A stretch of DNA of 64,000 nt from Ptychomitrium polyphyllum (lineage: Eukaryota), in the NCBI GenBank assembly GCA_973851085.1, contig OZ316776.1, positions 10,478,001-10,542,000 of the forward strand. Reading direction: 5' to 3'. The notes beneath the pieces were generated by a model. That model saw only the letters and a program-made list of their open reading frames with translations, ran no database searches and had not been told where the DNA came from. The position numbers and the translations under genes were made by a program. Below, in pieces: positions 25,401 to 40,400 of the stretch (position 1 is its first letter; each line of letters begins with the position of its first letter).

Positions 25401-28400
25401 ACGTCCTTAGGCCTATCTAAGTGTTCATCCTTGCAGCAACTTCCACAGCAAATTGGAGAGTTGAAGGCTTTGACGTCCTTGGACGTATCTGGGTGTTCAT
25501 CCTTGCAGCAACTTCCACAGCAAATTGGAGAGTTGAAGGCTCTTACGTCCTTTGGCCTATCTAAGTGTTCATCCTTGCAGCAACTTCCACAGCAAATTGG
25601 AGAGTTGAAGGCTCTTACGTCGTTTGGACTATCTAAGTGTTCATCCTTGCAACAACTTCCACAGCAAATTGGAGAGTTGAAGGCTCTTACGCCTTGGACC
25701 TATCTAAGTGTTCATCCTTGCAGCAACTTCCACAACAAATTGGAGAGTTGAAGGCTCTTACTTCCTTGGACCTATTTTGGTGTTCATCCTTGCAGCAACT
25801 TCCACAGCAAATTGGAGAGTTGAAGGCTCTTACGTCCTTGGACCTATTTTGGTGTTCATCCTTGCAGCAACTTCCACAGCAAAATTGGGGAGTTTAAGGC
25901 TCTTACGTCCTTGGACCTATCTAGGTGTTCATCCTTGCAGCAACTTCCACAGCAAATTGGAGAGTTGAAGGCTTTTACGTCCTTGGACCTATCCGGGTTT
26001 TCATCCTTGCAGCAACTTCCACAGCAAATTGGAGAGTTGAAGGCTCTTACGTCCTTAGGCCTATCTAAGTGTTCATCCTTGCAGCAACTTCCACAGCAAA
26101 TTGGAGAGTTGAAGGCTCTTACGTCCTTAGGCCTATCTAAGTGTTCATCCTTGCAGCAACTTCCACAGCAAATTGGAGAGTTGAAGGCTCTTACGTCCTT
26201 CGGCCTATCTAAGTGTTCATCCTTGCAGCAACTTCCACAGCAAATTGGAGAGTTGAAGGCTCTTACGTCCTTCGGCCTATCTAAGTGTTCATCCTTGCAA
26301 CAACTTCCACAGCAAATTGGAGAGTTGAAGGCTCTTACGTCCTTGGACCTATTTGAGTGTTCATCCTTGCAGCAACTTCCACAGCAAATTGGAGAGTTGA
26401 AGGCTCTTACGTCCTTGGACCTATTTGGGTGTTCATCCTTGCGGCAACTTCCACAGCAAATTAGGGAGTTGAAGGCTCTTACGTCCTTGGACCTATTTGA
26501 GTGTTCATCCTTGCAGCAATTTCCTCAGCAAATTGGAGTGTTGAAGGCTCTTACGTCCTTGGACCTATCTGGGTGTTCATCCTTGCAGCAACTTCCATAG
26601 CAAATTGCAGAGTTGAAGGCTTTTACGTCCTTCGGCCTATCTAAGTGTTCATCCTTGCAACAACTTCCACAGCAAATTGGAGAGTTGAAGGCTCTTACGC
26701 CTTGGACCTATCTAAGTGTTCATCCTTGCAGCAACATCCACAACAAATTGGAGAGTTAAAGGCTCTTACGTCCTTGGACCTATTTTGGTGTTCATCCTTG
26801 GTGCAACTTCCACAGCAAATTGGAGATTTGAAGGCTCTTACGTCCTTGGACCTATTTTGGTGTTCATCCTTGGTGCAACTTCCACAGCAAATTGGAGAGT
26901 TGAAGGCTCTTACGTCCTTGGACCTATCTAGGTGTTCATCCTTGCGGCAACTTCCACAGCAAATTGGAGAGTTGAAGGCTCTTACGTGCTTGGACCTATC
27001 TGGGTGTTCATCCATGCAGCAACTTCCACAACAAATTGGAGAGTTGAAGGCTCTTACGTCCTTGGACCTATTTTGGTGTTCATCCTTGCAGCAACTTCCA
27101 CAGCAAATTGGAGAGTTGAAGGCTCTTACGTCCTTAGGCCTATCTAAGTGTTCATCCTTGCAGCAACTTCCACAGCAAATTGGAGAGTTGAAGGCTTTGA
27201 CGTCCTTGAACCTATTTGGGTGTTCATCCTTGCAGCAACTTCCACAGCAAATTGGAGAGTTGAAGGCTCTTATGTCCTTAGGCCTATCTAAGTGTTCATC
27301 CTTGCAGCAACTTCCACAGCAAATTGGAGAGTTGAAGGCTCTTACGTCCTTAGGCCTATCTAAGTGTTCATCCTTGCAGCAACTTCCACAGCAAATTGGA
27401 GAGTTGAAGGCTTTGACGTCCTTGGACGTATCTGGGTGTTCATCCTTGCAGCAACTTCCACGGCAAATTGGAGAGTTGAAGGCTCTTACGTCCTTTGGCC
27501 TATCTAAGTGTTCATCCTTGCAGCAACTTCCACAGCAAATTGGAGAGTTGAAGGCTCTTACGTCGTTTGGCCTATCTAAGTGTTCATCCTTGCAGCAACT
27601 TCCACAGCAAATTGGAGAGTTGAAGGCTCTTACGCCTTGGACCTATCTAAGTGTTCATCCTTGCAGCAACTTCCACAACAAATTGGAGAGTTGAAGGCTC
27701 TTACTTCCTTGGACCTATTTTGGTGTTCATCCTTGCAGCAACTTCCACAGCAAATTGGAGAGTTGAAGGCTCTTACGTCCTTGGACCTATTTTGGTGTTC
27801 ATCCTTGCAGCAACTTCCACAGCAAAATTGGGGAGTTTAAGGCTCTTACGTCCTTGGACCTATCTAGGTGTTCATCCTTGCAGCAACTTCCACAGCAAAT
27901 TGGAGAGTTGAAGGCTTTTACGTCCTTGGACCTATCCGGGTTTTCATCCTTGCAGCAACTTCCACAGCAAATTGGAGAGTTGAAGGCTTTTACGTCCTTA
28001 GGCCTATCTAAGTGTTCATCCTTGCATCAACTTCCACAGCAAATTGGAGAGTTGAAGGCTCTTACGTCCTTAGGCCTATCTAAGTGTTCATCCTTGCAGC
28101 AACTTCCACAGCAAATTGGAGAGTTGAAGGCTCTTACGTCCTTCGGCCTATCTAAGTGTTCATCCTTGCAGCAATTTCCACAGCAAATTGGAGAGTTGAA
28201 GGCTCTTACGCCTTGGACCTATCTAAGTGTTCATCCTTGCAGCAACTTCCACAACAAATTGGAGAGTTGAAGGCTCTTACGTCCTTGGACCTATTTTGGT
28301 GTTCATCCTTGCAGCAACTTCCACAGCAAATTGGAGAGTTGAAGGCTCTTACGTCCTTAGGCCTATCTAAGTGTTCATCCTTGCAGCAACTTCCACAGCA

Positions 28401-31400
28401 AATTGGAGAGTTGAAGGCTCTTACGTCCTTAGGCCTATCTAAGTGTTCATCCTTGCAGCAACTTCCACAGCAAATTGGAGAGTTGAAGGCTCTTACGTCC
28501 TTCGGCCTATCTAAGTGTTCATCCTTGCAGCAACTTCCACAGCAAATTGGAGAGTTGAAGGCTCTTACGTCCTTCGGCCTATCTAAGTGTTCATCCTTGC
28601 AGCAACTTCCACAGCAAATTGGAGAGTTGAAGGCTTTGACGTCCTTGAACCTATTTGGGTGTTCATCCTTGCAGCAACTTCCACAGCAAATTGGAGAGTT
28701 GAAGGCTCTTACGTCCTTAGGCCTATCTAAGTGTTCATCCTTGCAGCAACTTCCACAGCAAATTAGAGAGTTGAAGGCTCTTACGTCCTTAGGCCTATCT
28801 AAGTGTTCATCCTTGCAGCAACTTCCACAGCAAATTGGAGAGTTGAAGGCTCTTACGTCCTTGAACCTATTTGGGTGTTCATCCGTGCAGCAACTTCCAC
28901 AGCAAATTGGAAAGTTGAAGGCTCTTACGTCCTTAGGCCTATCTGGGTGTTCATCCTTGCAGCAACTTCCACAGCAAATTGGAGAGTTGAAGGCTCTTAC
29001 TTCCTTGGACCTATCTGGGTGTTCATCCTTGCAGCAACTTCCACAGCAAATTGGAGAGTTGAAGGCTCTTACGTCCTTCGGCCTATATAAGTGTTCATCC
29101 TTGCAGCAACTTCCACAGCAAATTGGAGAGTTGAAGGCTTTGACGTCCTTGAACCTATTTGGGTGTTCATCCTTGCAGCAACTTCCACAGCAAATTGGAG
29201 AGTTGAAGGCTCTTACGTCCTTGGACCTATCTAGGTGTTCATCCTTGCAGCAACTTCCACAGCAAATTGGAGAGTTGAAGGCTTTGACGTCCTTGAACCT
29301 ATTTGGGTGTTCATCCGTGCAGCAACTTCCACAGCAAATTGGAGAGTTGAAGGCTCTTACGTCCTTGGACCTATCTAGGTGTTCATCCTTGCAGCAACTT
29401 CCACAGCAAATTGGAGAGTTGAAGGCTCTTACGTCCTTGAACCTATCTGGGTGTTCATCCTTGCAGCTACTTCCACAGCAAATTGGGGAGTTGAAGGCTC
29501 TTACTTCCTTGAACCTATCTGGGTGTTCATCCTTGCATCAACTTCCAGAGCAAATTGGAGAGTTGAAGGCTCTTACGTCCTTGGACCTATGTAGGTGTTC
29601 ATCCTTGCAGCAACTTCCACAGCAAATTGGAGGGTTGAAGATTCTTACGTCCTTGGACCTATCTAGGTGTTCATCCATGCAGCATCTTCCACAACAAATT
29701 TGAGAGTTGAAGGCTCTTACTTCCTTGGACCTATCTAGGTGTTCATCCTTGCAGCAACTTCCACAGCAAATTGGAGAGTTGAAGGCTCTTACGTCCTTGG
29801 ACCTATCTAGGTGTTCATCCTTGCGGCAACTTCCACAGCAAATTGGAGAGTTGAAGGCTCTTACGTGCTTGGACCTATCTGGGTGTTCATCCATGCAGCA
29901 ACTTCCACAACAAATTGGAGAGTTGAAGGCTCTTACGTCCTTGGACCTATTTTGGTGTTCATCCTTGCAGCAACTTCCACAGCAAATTGGAGAGTTGAAG
30001 GCTCTTACGTCCTTGGACCTATGTAGGTGTTCATCCTTGCAGCAACTTCCACAGCAAATTGGAGGGTTGAAGATTCTTACGTCCTTGGACCTATCTAGGT
30101 GTTCATCCATGCAGCATCTTCCACAACAAATTTGAGAGTTGAAGGCTCTTACTTCCTTGGACCTATGTAGGTGTTCATCCTTGCAGCAACTTCCACAGCA
30201 AATTGGAGAGTTGAAGGCTCTTACGTCCTTGGACCTATCTAGGTGTTCATCCTTGTAGCAACTTCCACAGCAAATTGGAGAGTTGAAGGCTCTTACGTGC
30301 TTGGACCTATCTGGGTGTTCATCCATGCAGCAACTTCCACAACAAATTGGAGAGTTGAAGGCTCTTACGTCCTTGGACCTATTTTGGTGTTCATCCTTGC
30401 AGCAACTTCCACAGCAAATTAGAGAGTTGAAGGCTCTTACGTCCTTAGGCCTATCTAAGTGTTCATCCTTGCAGCAACTTCCACAGCAAATTGGAGAGTT
30501 GAAGGCTCTTACGTCCTCGAACCTATTTCGGTGTTCATCCGTGCAGCAACTTCCACAGCAAATTGGAAAGTTGAAGGCTCTTACGTCCTTAGGCCTATCT
30601 GGGTGTTCATCCTTGCAGCAACTTCCACAGCAAATTGGAGAGTTGAAGGCTCTTACTTCCTTGGACCTATCTGGGTGTTCATCCTTGCAGCAACTTCCAC
30701 AGCAAATTGGAGAGTTGAAGGCTCTTACGTCCTTCGGCCTATATAAGTGTTCATCCTTGCAGCAACTTCCACAGCAAATTGGAGAGTTGAAGGCTTTGAC
30801 GTCCTTGAACCTATTTGGGTGTTCATCCGTGCAGCAACTTCCACAGCAAATTGGAGAGTTGAAGGCTCTTACGTCCTTGGACCTATCTGGGTGTTCATCC
30901 TTGCAGCAACTTCCACAGCAAATTGGAGAGTTGAAGGCTCTTACTTCCTTGGACCTATCTGGGTGTTCATCCTTGCAGCAACTTCCACAGCAAATTGGAG
31001 AGTTGAAGGCTCTTACGTCCTTAGGCCTATCTAAGTGTTCATCCTTGCAGCAACTTCCACAGCAAATTGGAGAGTTGAAGGCTCTTACGTCCTTGAACCT
31101 ATTTGGGTGTTCATCCGTGCAGCAACTTCCACAGCAAATTGGAAAGTTGAAGGCTCTTACGTCCTTTGGCCTATCTGGGTGTTCATCCTTGCAGCAACTT
31201 CCACAGCAAATTGGAAAGTTGAAGGCTCTTACGTCCTTTGGCCTATCTGGGTGTTCATCCTTGCAGCAACTTCCACAGCAAATTGGAGAGTTGATGGCTC
31301 TTACTTCCTTGGACCTATCTGGGTGTTCATCCTTGCAGCAACTTCCACAGCAAATTGGAGAGTTGAAGGCTCTTACGTCCTTCGGCCTATATAAGTGTTC

Positions 31401-34400
31401 ATCCTTGCAGCAACTTCCACAGCAAATTGGAGAGTTGAAGGCTTTGACGTCCTTGAACCTATTTGGGTGTTCATCCGTGCAGCAACTTCCACAGCAAATT
31501 GGAGAGTTGAAGGCTCTTACGTCCTTGGACCTATCTGGGTGTTCATCCTTGCAGCAACTTCCACAGCAAATTGGAGAGTTGAAGGCTCTTACTTCCTTGG
31601 ACCTATCTGGGTGTTCATCCTTGCAGCAACTTCCACAGCAAATTGGAGAGTTGAAGGCTCTTACGTCCTTCGGCCTATATAAGTGTTCATCCTTGCAGCA
31701 ACTTCCACAGCAAATTGGAGAGTTGAAGGCTTTGACGTCCTTGAACCTATTTGGGTGTTCATCCGTGCAGCAACTTCCACAGCAAATTGGAGAGTTGAAG
31801 GCTCTTACGTCCTTGGACCTATTTTGGTGTTCATCCTTGCAGCAACTTCCACAGCAAATTGGGGAGTTTAAGGCTCTTACGTCCTTGGTCCTATCTAGGT
31901 GTTCATCCTTGCAGCAACTTCCACAGCAAATTGGAGAGTTGAAGGCTCTTACTTCCTTGAACCTATCTGGGTGTTCATCCTTGCATCAGCTTCCAGAGCA
32001 AATTGGAGAGTTGAAGGCTCTTACGTCCTTGGACCTATGTAGGTGTTCATCCTTGCAGCAACTTCCACAGCAAATTGGAGGGTTGAAGATTCTTACGTCC
32101 TTGGACCTATCTAGGTGTTCATCCATGCAGCATCTTCCACAACAAATTTGAGAGTTGAAGGCTCTTACTTCCTTGAACCTATCTGGGTGTTCATCCTTGC
32201 ATCAACTTCCACAGCAAATTGGAGGGTTGAAGATTCTTACGTCCTTGGACCTATCTAGGTGTTCATCCATGCAGCATCTTCCACAACAAATTGGAGAGTT
32301 GAAGGCTCTTACGTCTTTGGACCTATGTAGATGTTCATCCTTGCAGCAACTTCCACAGCAAATTGGAGAATTGAAGGCTCTTACGTCCTTGGACCTATTT
32401 GGATGTTCATCCTTGCAGCAACTTCCACAGCAAATTGGAGGGTTGAAGACTCTTACGTCCTTGGACCTATCTAGGTGTTCATCCTTGCAGCATCTTCTAA
32501 AGGAAATTGGAGAGTTGAAGGCTCTTACGTCCTTGGATCTATGTGGATGTTCATCCTTGCAGCAACTTCCAGAGCAAATTGGAGGGTTGAAGACTCTTAC
32601 GTCCTTGGACCTATCCAGGTGTTCATCCTTGCAGCATCTTCTAAAGGAAATTGGAGAGTTGAAGGCTCTTATGTCCTTGGATCTATTTGGATGTTCATCC
32701 TTGCAGCAACTTCCACAGCAAATTGGAGGGTTAAAGACTCTTACGTTCTTGGACCTATCTAGGTGTTCATCCATGCAGCATCTTCCACAACAAATTGGAG
32801 AGTTGAAGACTCTTATGTCCTTGGACCTATCTAGGTGTTTATCCTTGCAGTAACTTCTACAACAAACTGGAGAGTTGAAGGCTCTTACTTCCTTGAATCT
32901 ACAACGGTGTTCGTCCTTGCAGCAACTTCGACAGCAAATTGGAGAGTTGAAGGCTCTTACGTCCTTGGACCTATCTAGGTGTTCATCCTTGCAGCATCTT
33001 CTAAAGCAAATTGGAGAGTTGAAGGCTCTTACGTCTTTGGACCTATGTAGATGTTCATCCTTGCAGCAACTTCCACAGCAAATTGGAGAATTGAAGGCTC
33101 TTACGTCCTTGGACCTATGTAGGTATTCATCCTTGCAGCAACTTCCACAGCAAATTGGAGGGTTGAAGACTCTTACGTCCTTGGACCTATCTAGGTGTTC
33201 ATCCTTGCAGCATCTTCTAAAGGAAATTGGAGAGTTGAAGGCTCTTACGTCCTTGGACCTATTTGGGTGTTCATCCTTGCAGCAACTTCCACAGCAAATT
33301 GGAGAATTGAAGGCTCTTACGTCCTTGGACGTATCTAAATGTTCAACCTTGCAGCAACTTCCAGAGCAAATTGGGGAGTTGAAGGCCCTTACTTCCTTGA
33401 ACCTACAATGGTGTACATCCTTGCAGCAACTTCGACAGCAAATTGGAGAGTTGAAGGCTCTTACGTACTTGAACCTATCTGGGTGTTCATTCTTGCAGCA
33501 ACTTCCACAGCAAATTGGAGGGTTAAAGACTCTTACGTTCTTGGACCTATCTAGGTGTTCATCCATGCAGCATCTTCCACAACAAATTGGAGAACTGAAG
33601 GCTCTTATGTCCTTGGACCTATCTAGGTGTTTATCCTTGCATCAACTTCCACAGCAAATTGGAGAGTTGAAGGCTCTTACTTCCTTAGACTTATGTAGGT
33701 GTTCATCCTTGTAACAACTTCCACAGCAAATTGGAGGGTTGAAGACTCTTACGTCCTTGGACCTATCTAGGTGTTCATCCATGCAGCATCTTCCACAACA
33801 AATTGGAGAGTTGAAGGCTCTTATGTCCTTGGCTCTATTTGGGTGTTCATCCTTGCAGCAACCTCCACAGCAAATTGGAGAATTGAAGGCTCTTACGTCC
33901 TTGGACGTATCTAAATGTTCATCCTTGCAGCAACTTCCACATCAAATTGGAGGGTTGAAGGCTCTTACTTCCTTGAACCTACAATGGTGTACATCCTTAG
34001 AGCAACTTCTACAGCAAATTGGAGAGTTGAAGGCTCTTACGTACTTGAACCTATCTGGGTGTTCATCCATGCAGCATCTTCCACAACAAATTGGAGAGTT
34101 GAAGGCTCTTACGTCCTTGGACCTATCTGGGTGTTCATCCTTGCAGCAACTTCCACAACAAATTGGAGAGTTGAAGGCTCTTACGTCCTTGGACCTATCT
34201 AGGTTTTCATCCATGCAGCATCTTCCACAACAAATTGGAGAGTTGAAGGCTCTTACGTCCTTGGACCTATCTAGGTTTTCATCCATGCAGCATCTTCCAC
34301 AACAAATTGGAGAGTTGAAGGCTCTTACGTCCTTGGACCTATTTGGGTGTTCATCCTTGCAGCAACTTCCACAGCAAATTGGAGAGTTGAAGGCTCTTAT

Positions 34401-37400
34401 GTCCTTGGACCTATCTAGGTGTTCATCCATGCAGCATCTTCCACATTAAAATGGAGAGTTGAAGGCTCTTACGTCCTTGGACCTATTTGGGTGTTCATCC
34501 TTGCAGCAACTTCCACAGCAAATTGGAGAATTGAAGGCTCTTATGTCCTTGGACCTATCTAGGTGTTTATCGTTGCAGTAACTTCTACAACAAACTGGAG
34601 AGTTGAAGGCTCTTACTTCCTTGAATCTACAACGGTGTTCATCCTTGCAGCAACTTCCACAGCAAATTGGAGGGTTGAAGACTCTTACGTCCTTGGACCT
34701 ACAATGGTGTTCATCCATGCAGCATCTTCCACAACAGATTGGAGAGTTGAAGGCTCTTACGTCCTTGGACCTATTTGGGTGTTCATCCTTGCAGCATCTT
34801 CTAAAGCAAATTGGAGAGTTGAAGGCTCTTACGTCCTTGGACCTATGTAGGTGTTCATCCTTGCAGCAACCTCCACAGCAAATTGGAGAATTGAAGACTC
34901 TTACGTCCTTGGACCTATCTAGGTGTTCATCCTTGCAGCATCTTCCACAACAAATTGGAGAGTTGAAGACTCTTACGTCCTTGGACCTATGTAGGTGTTC
35001 ATCCATGCAGCATCTTCCACAACAAATTGGAGAGTTGAAGGCTCTTACGTCCTTGGACCTATTTTGGTGTTCATCCTTGCAGCAACTTCCACAGCAAATT
35101 GGAGGGTTGAAGACTCTTACGTCCTTGGACCTATCTAGGTGTTCATCCTTGCAGCATCTTCTAAAGCAAATTAGAGAGTTGAAGGCTCTTACTTCTTTGG
35201 ACCTATGTAGGTGTTCATCCTTGCAGCAAATTCCACAGCAAATTGGAGGGTTGAAGACTCTTACGTCCTTGGACCTATCTAGGTGTTCATCCATGCAGCA
35301 TCTTCCACAACAAATTGGAGAGTTGAAGGGTCTTATGTCGTTGGATCTATTTGTGTCTTCATCCTTGCAGCAACCTCCACAGCAAATTGGAGAATTGAAG
35401 GCTCTTACGTCCTTGGACGTATCTAAATGTTCATCCTTGCAGCAACTTCCACAGCAAATTGGAGAGTTGAAGGCTCTTACTTCCTTGAACCTACAATGGT
35501 GTACATCCTTAGAGCAACTTCTACAGCAAATTGGAGAGTTGAAGGCTCTTACGTACTTGAACCTATCTGGGTGTTCATCCATGCAGCATCTTCCACAGCA
35601 AATTGGAGAGTTGAAGGCTCTTACGTCCTTGGACCTATTTGGGTGTTCATCCTTGCAGCAACTTCCACAGCAAATTGGAGAGTTGAAGGCATTTACGCCT
35701 TGGACCTATCTAAGTGTTCATCCTTGCAGCTACTTCCATAGCAAATTGGAGAGTTGAAGGCTCTTATGTCCTTGGACCTATCTAAGTGTTCATCCTTGCA
35801 GCAACTTCCACAGCAAATTGGGGAGTTGAAGGCTTTTACTTCCTTGAACCTACATTGGTGTACATCCTTAGAGCAACTTGTACAGCAAATTGGAGAGTTG
35901 ATGGCTCTTACGTACTTGAACTTATCTGGGTGTTCATCCTTGCAGCTACTTCCACAGCAAATTGGAGAGTTGAAGGCTCTTACGTCCATCGACCTATGTA
36001 GGTGTTCATCCCTGTAGCTTGTTCCGTAGCAAATTGGAGGGTTGAAGGCTCTTACGTCCTTGGACCTATCTAAGTGTTCATCCTTGCAGCAACTTCCACA
36101 GCAAATTGGAGGGTTGATGACTCTTACGTCCTTGGACCTATCTAGGTGTTCATCCTTGCAGCATCTTCTAAAGCAAATTGGAGAGTTGAAGGCTCTTACG
36201 TCCTTGGACCTATGTAGGTGTTCATCCTTGCAGCAACTTCCACAGCAAATTGGAGAGTTGAAGGCTCTTACGTCCTTGGACCTATTTGGGTGTTTATCCT
36301 TGCAGCAACTTCCACAGCAAATTGGAGAATTGAAGGCTCTTATGTCCTTGGACCTATCTAGGTGTTTATCCTTGCAGTAACTTCTACAACAAACTGGAGA
36401 GTTGAAGGCTCTTACTTCCTTGAATCTACAACGTGTTCATCCTTGCAGCAACTTTGACAGCAAATTGGAGAGTTGAAGGCTCTTACGTCCTTGGACCTAT
36501 CTAGGTGTTCATCCATGCAGCATCTTCCACAACAAATTGGAGAGTTGAAGGCTCTTACGTCCTTGGACCTATCTGGGTGTTCATTCTTGCAGCAACTTCC
36601 ACAGCAAATTGGAGAATTGAAGGCTCTTATGTCCTTGGACCTGTCTAGGTGTTTATCCTTGCAGTAACTTCCGCAGCAAATTGGAGAATTGAAGGCTCTT
36701 ACGTCCTTGGACCTATGTAGGTATTCATCCTTGCAGCAACTTCCACAGCAAATTGGAGGGTTGAAGACTCTTACGTCCTTGGACCTATCTAGGTGTTCAT
36801 CCTTGCAGCATCTTCTAAAGGAAATTGGAGAGTTGAAGGCTCTTACGTCCTTGGACCTATTTGGGTGTTCATCCTTGCAGCAACTTCCACAGCAAATTGG
36901 AGAATTGAAGGCTCTTACGTCCTTGGACGTATCTAAATGTTCAACCTTGCAGCAACTTCCAGAGCAAATTGGGGAGTTGAAGGCTCTTACTTCCTTGAAC
37001 CTACAATGGTGTACATCCTTGCAGCAACTTCTGGAGCAAATTGGAGAGTTGAAGGCTCTTACGTACTTGAACCTATCTGGGTGTTCATCCTTGCAGCAAC
37101 TTCCACAGCAAATTGGAGGGTTAAAGACTCTTACATTCTTGGACCTATCTAGGTGTTCATCCATGCAGCATCTTCCACAACAAATTGGAGAGTTGAAGAC
37201 TCTTATGTCCTTGGACCTATCTAGGTGTTCATCCTTGCAGTAACTTCTACAACAAACTGGAGAGTTGAAGGCTCTTACTTCCTTGAATCTACAACGGTGT
37301 TCATCCTTGCAGCAACTTCGACAGCAAATTGGAGAGTTGAAGGCTCTTACGTCCTTGGACCTATTTGGGTGTTCATCCTTGCAGCATCTTCTAAAGCAAA

Positions 37401-40400
37401 TTGGAGAGTTGAAGGCTCTTATGTCCTTGGACCTATGTAGGTGTTCATCCTTGCAGCAACCTCCACAGCAAATTGGAGAATTGAAGGCTCTTACGTCCTT
37501 GGACCTATCTGGGTGTTCATCCTTGCAGCTACTTCCACAGCAAATTGGAGAGTTGAAGGCCCTTACGCCTTGGACCTATCTGGGTGTTCATCCTTGCAGC
37601 AACTTCCACAGCAAATTGGAGAACTGAAGGCTCTTATGTCCTTGGACCTATCTAGGTGTTTATCCTTGCATCAACTTCCACAGCAAATTGGAGAGTTGAA
37701 GGCTCTTACTTCCTTAGACTTATGTAGGTGTTCATCCTTGTAGCAACTTCCACAGCAAATTGGAGGGTTGAGGACTCTTACGTCCTTGGACCTATCTAGG
37801 TGTTCATCCATGCAGCATCTTCCACAACAAATTGGAGAGTTGAAGGCTCTTATGTCCTTGGCTCTATTTGGGTGTTCATCCTTGCAGCAACCTCCACAGC
37901 AAATTGGAGAATTGAAGGCTCTTACGTCCTTGGACGTATCTAAATGTTCATCCTTGCAGCAACTTCCACATCAAATTGGAGGGTTGAAGGCTCTTACTTC
38001 CTTGAACCTACAATGGTGTACATCCTTAGAGCAACTTCTACAGCAAATTGGAGAGTTGAAGGCTCTTACGTACTTGAACCTATCTGGGTGTTCATCCATG
38101 CAGCATCTTCCACAACAAATTGGAGAGTTGAAGGCTCTTACGTCCTTGGACCTATCTAGGTTTTCATCCATGCAGCATCTTCCACAACAAATTGGAGAGT
38201 TGAAGGCTCTTACGTCCTTGGACCTATTTGGGTGTTCATCCTTGCAGCAACTTCCACAGCAAATTGGAGAGTTGAAGGCTCTTATGTCCTTGGACCTATC
38301 TAGGTGTTCATCCTTGCAGCAACTTCCACAGCAAATTGGAGGGTTGATGACTCTTACGTCCTTGGACCTATCTAGGTGTTCATCCTTGCAGCATCTTCTA
38401 AAGCAAATTGGAGAGTTGAAGGCTCTTACGTCCTTGGACCTATGTAGGTGTTCATCCTTGCAGCAACTTCCACAGCAAATTGGAGAGTTGAAGGCTCTTA
38501 CGTCCTTGGACCTATTTGGGTGTTCATCCTTGCCGCAACTTCCACAGCAAATTGGAGAATTGAAGGCTCATTCGTCCTTGGACTTATCTAGGTGTTCATC
38601 CATGCAGCATCTTCCACAACAAATTGGAGAGTTGAAGGCTCTTACGTCCTTGGACCTATTTGGGTGTTCATCCTTGCAGCAACTTCCACAGCAAATTGGA
38701 GAATTGAAGGCTCTTATGTCCTTGGACCTATCTAGGTGTTCATCCTTGCAGTAACTTCTACAACAAACTGGAGAGTTGAAGGCTCTTACTTCCTTGAACC
38801 TACAACGGTGTTCATCCTTGCAGCAACTTCCACAGCAAATTGGAGAGTTGAAGGCTCTTACGTCCTTGGACCTATCTGGGTGTTCATCCTTGCAGCAACT
38901 TTCACAACAAATTGGAGAGTTGAAGGCTCTAACTTCCTTGAACCTACAATGGTGTACATCATTAGTACAACTTTCAAATCAAATTGAAGAATTGAAGGCT
39001 CTTACGTCTTTGGACCTATCTGGGTGTTCATCCGTGCAGCAACTTCTACAACAAATTAGAGAGTTGATGGCTCTTACTTCCTTGGACCTATGTAGGTGTT
39101 CATCCTTGCAGCAACTTTCACAGAAAATTGGAAGGTTGAAGACTCTTACATCCTTGGACCTATCTAGGTGTTCATCCATGCAGCATCTTCCACAACAAAT
39201 TGGAGAGTTCAAGGCTCTTACGTCCTTAGACCTATCTAGGTGTTCATGCATGCAGCATCTTTCTCATTAAATTGGAGAGTTGAAGGCTCTTACGTCCTTG
39301 GACCTATTTGGGTGTTCATCCTTGCAGCAACTTCCACAGCAAATTGGAGAATTGAAGGCTCTTACGTCCTTGGACGTATCTAAATGTTCATCCTTGCAGC
39401 AACTTCCACAGCAAATTGGAGAATTGTAGGCTCTTACTTCCTTGAACCTACAATGGTGTACATCCTTAGAGCAACTTTTACAGCAAATTGGAGAGTTGAA
39501 GGCTCTTACGTACTTGAACCTATCTGGGTGTTCATCCTTGCAGCTACTTCCACAGCAAATTGGAGAGTTAAAGGCTGTTACTTCCTTGAACCTATCAGGG
39601 TGTTCATCCTTGCATCAACTTCCAGAGCAAATTGGAGAGTTGAAGGCTCTTACGTCCTTGGACCTATCTAGGTATTCATCCTTGCAGCAACTTCCACAGC
39701 AAATTGGAGGGTTGAAGACTCTTACGTCCTTGGACCTATCTAGGTGTTCATCCTTGCAGCATCTTCTAAAGCAAATTGGAGAGTTGAAGGCTCTTACGTC
39801 CTTGGACCTATTTGGGTGTTCATCCTTGCAGCAACTTCCACAGCAAATTGGAGAATTGAAGGCTCTTACGTCCTTGGACGTATCTAAATGTTCATCCTTG
39901 CGGCAACTTCCACAGCAAATTGGAGAGTTGAAGGCTTTTACGTACTTGAACCTATCTGCGTGTTCATCCTTGCAGCTACTTCCACAACAAATTGGAGAGT
40001 TGATGGCTCTTACGTCCTTGGACCTATCTGGGTGTTCATCCTTGCAGCAACTTCCACAGCAAATTGGAGGGTTGAAGACTCTTACGTCCTTGGACCTATC
40101 TATGTGTTCATCCTTGCAGCATCTTCTAAAGCAAATTGGAGAGTTGAAGGCTCTTACGTCCTTGGACCTATTTGGGTGTTCATCCTTGCAGCAACTTCCA
40201 CAGCAAATTGGAGAATTGAAGGCTCTTACGTCCTTGGACGTATCTAAATGTTCATCCTTGCAGCAACTTCCACAGCAAATTGGAGAGTTGAAGGCTTTTA
40301 CGTACTTGAACCTATCTGCGTGTTCATCCTTGCAGCTACTTCCACAACAAATTGGAGAGTTGAAGGCTCTTACGTCCTTGGACCTATCTGGGTGTTCATC

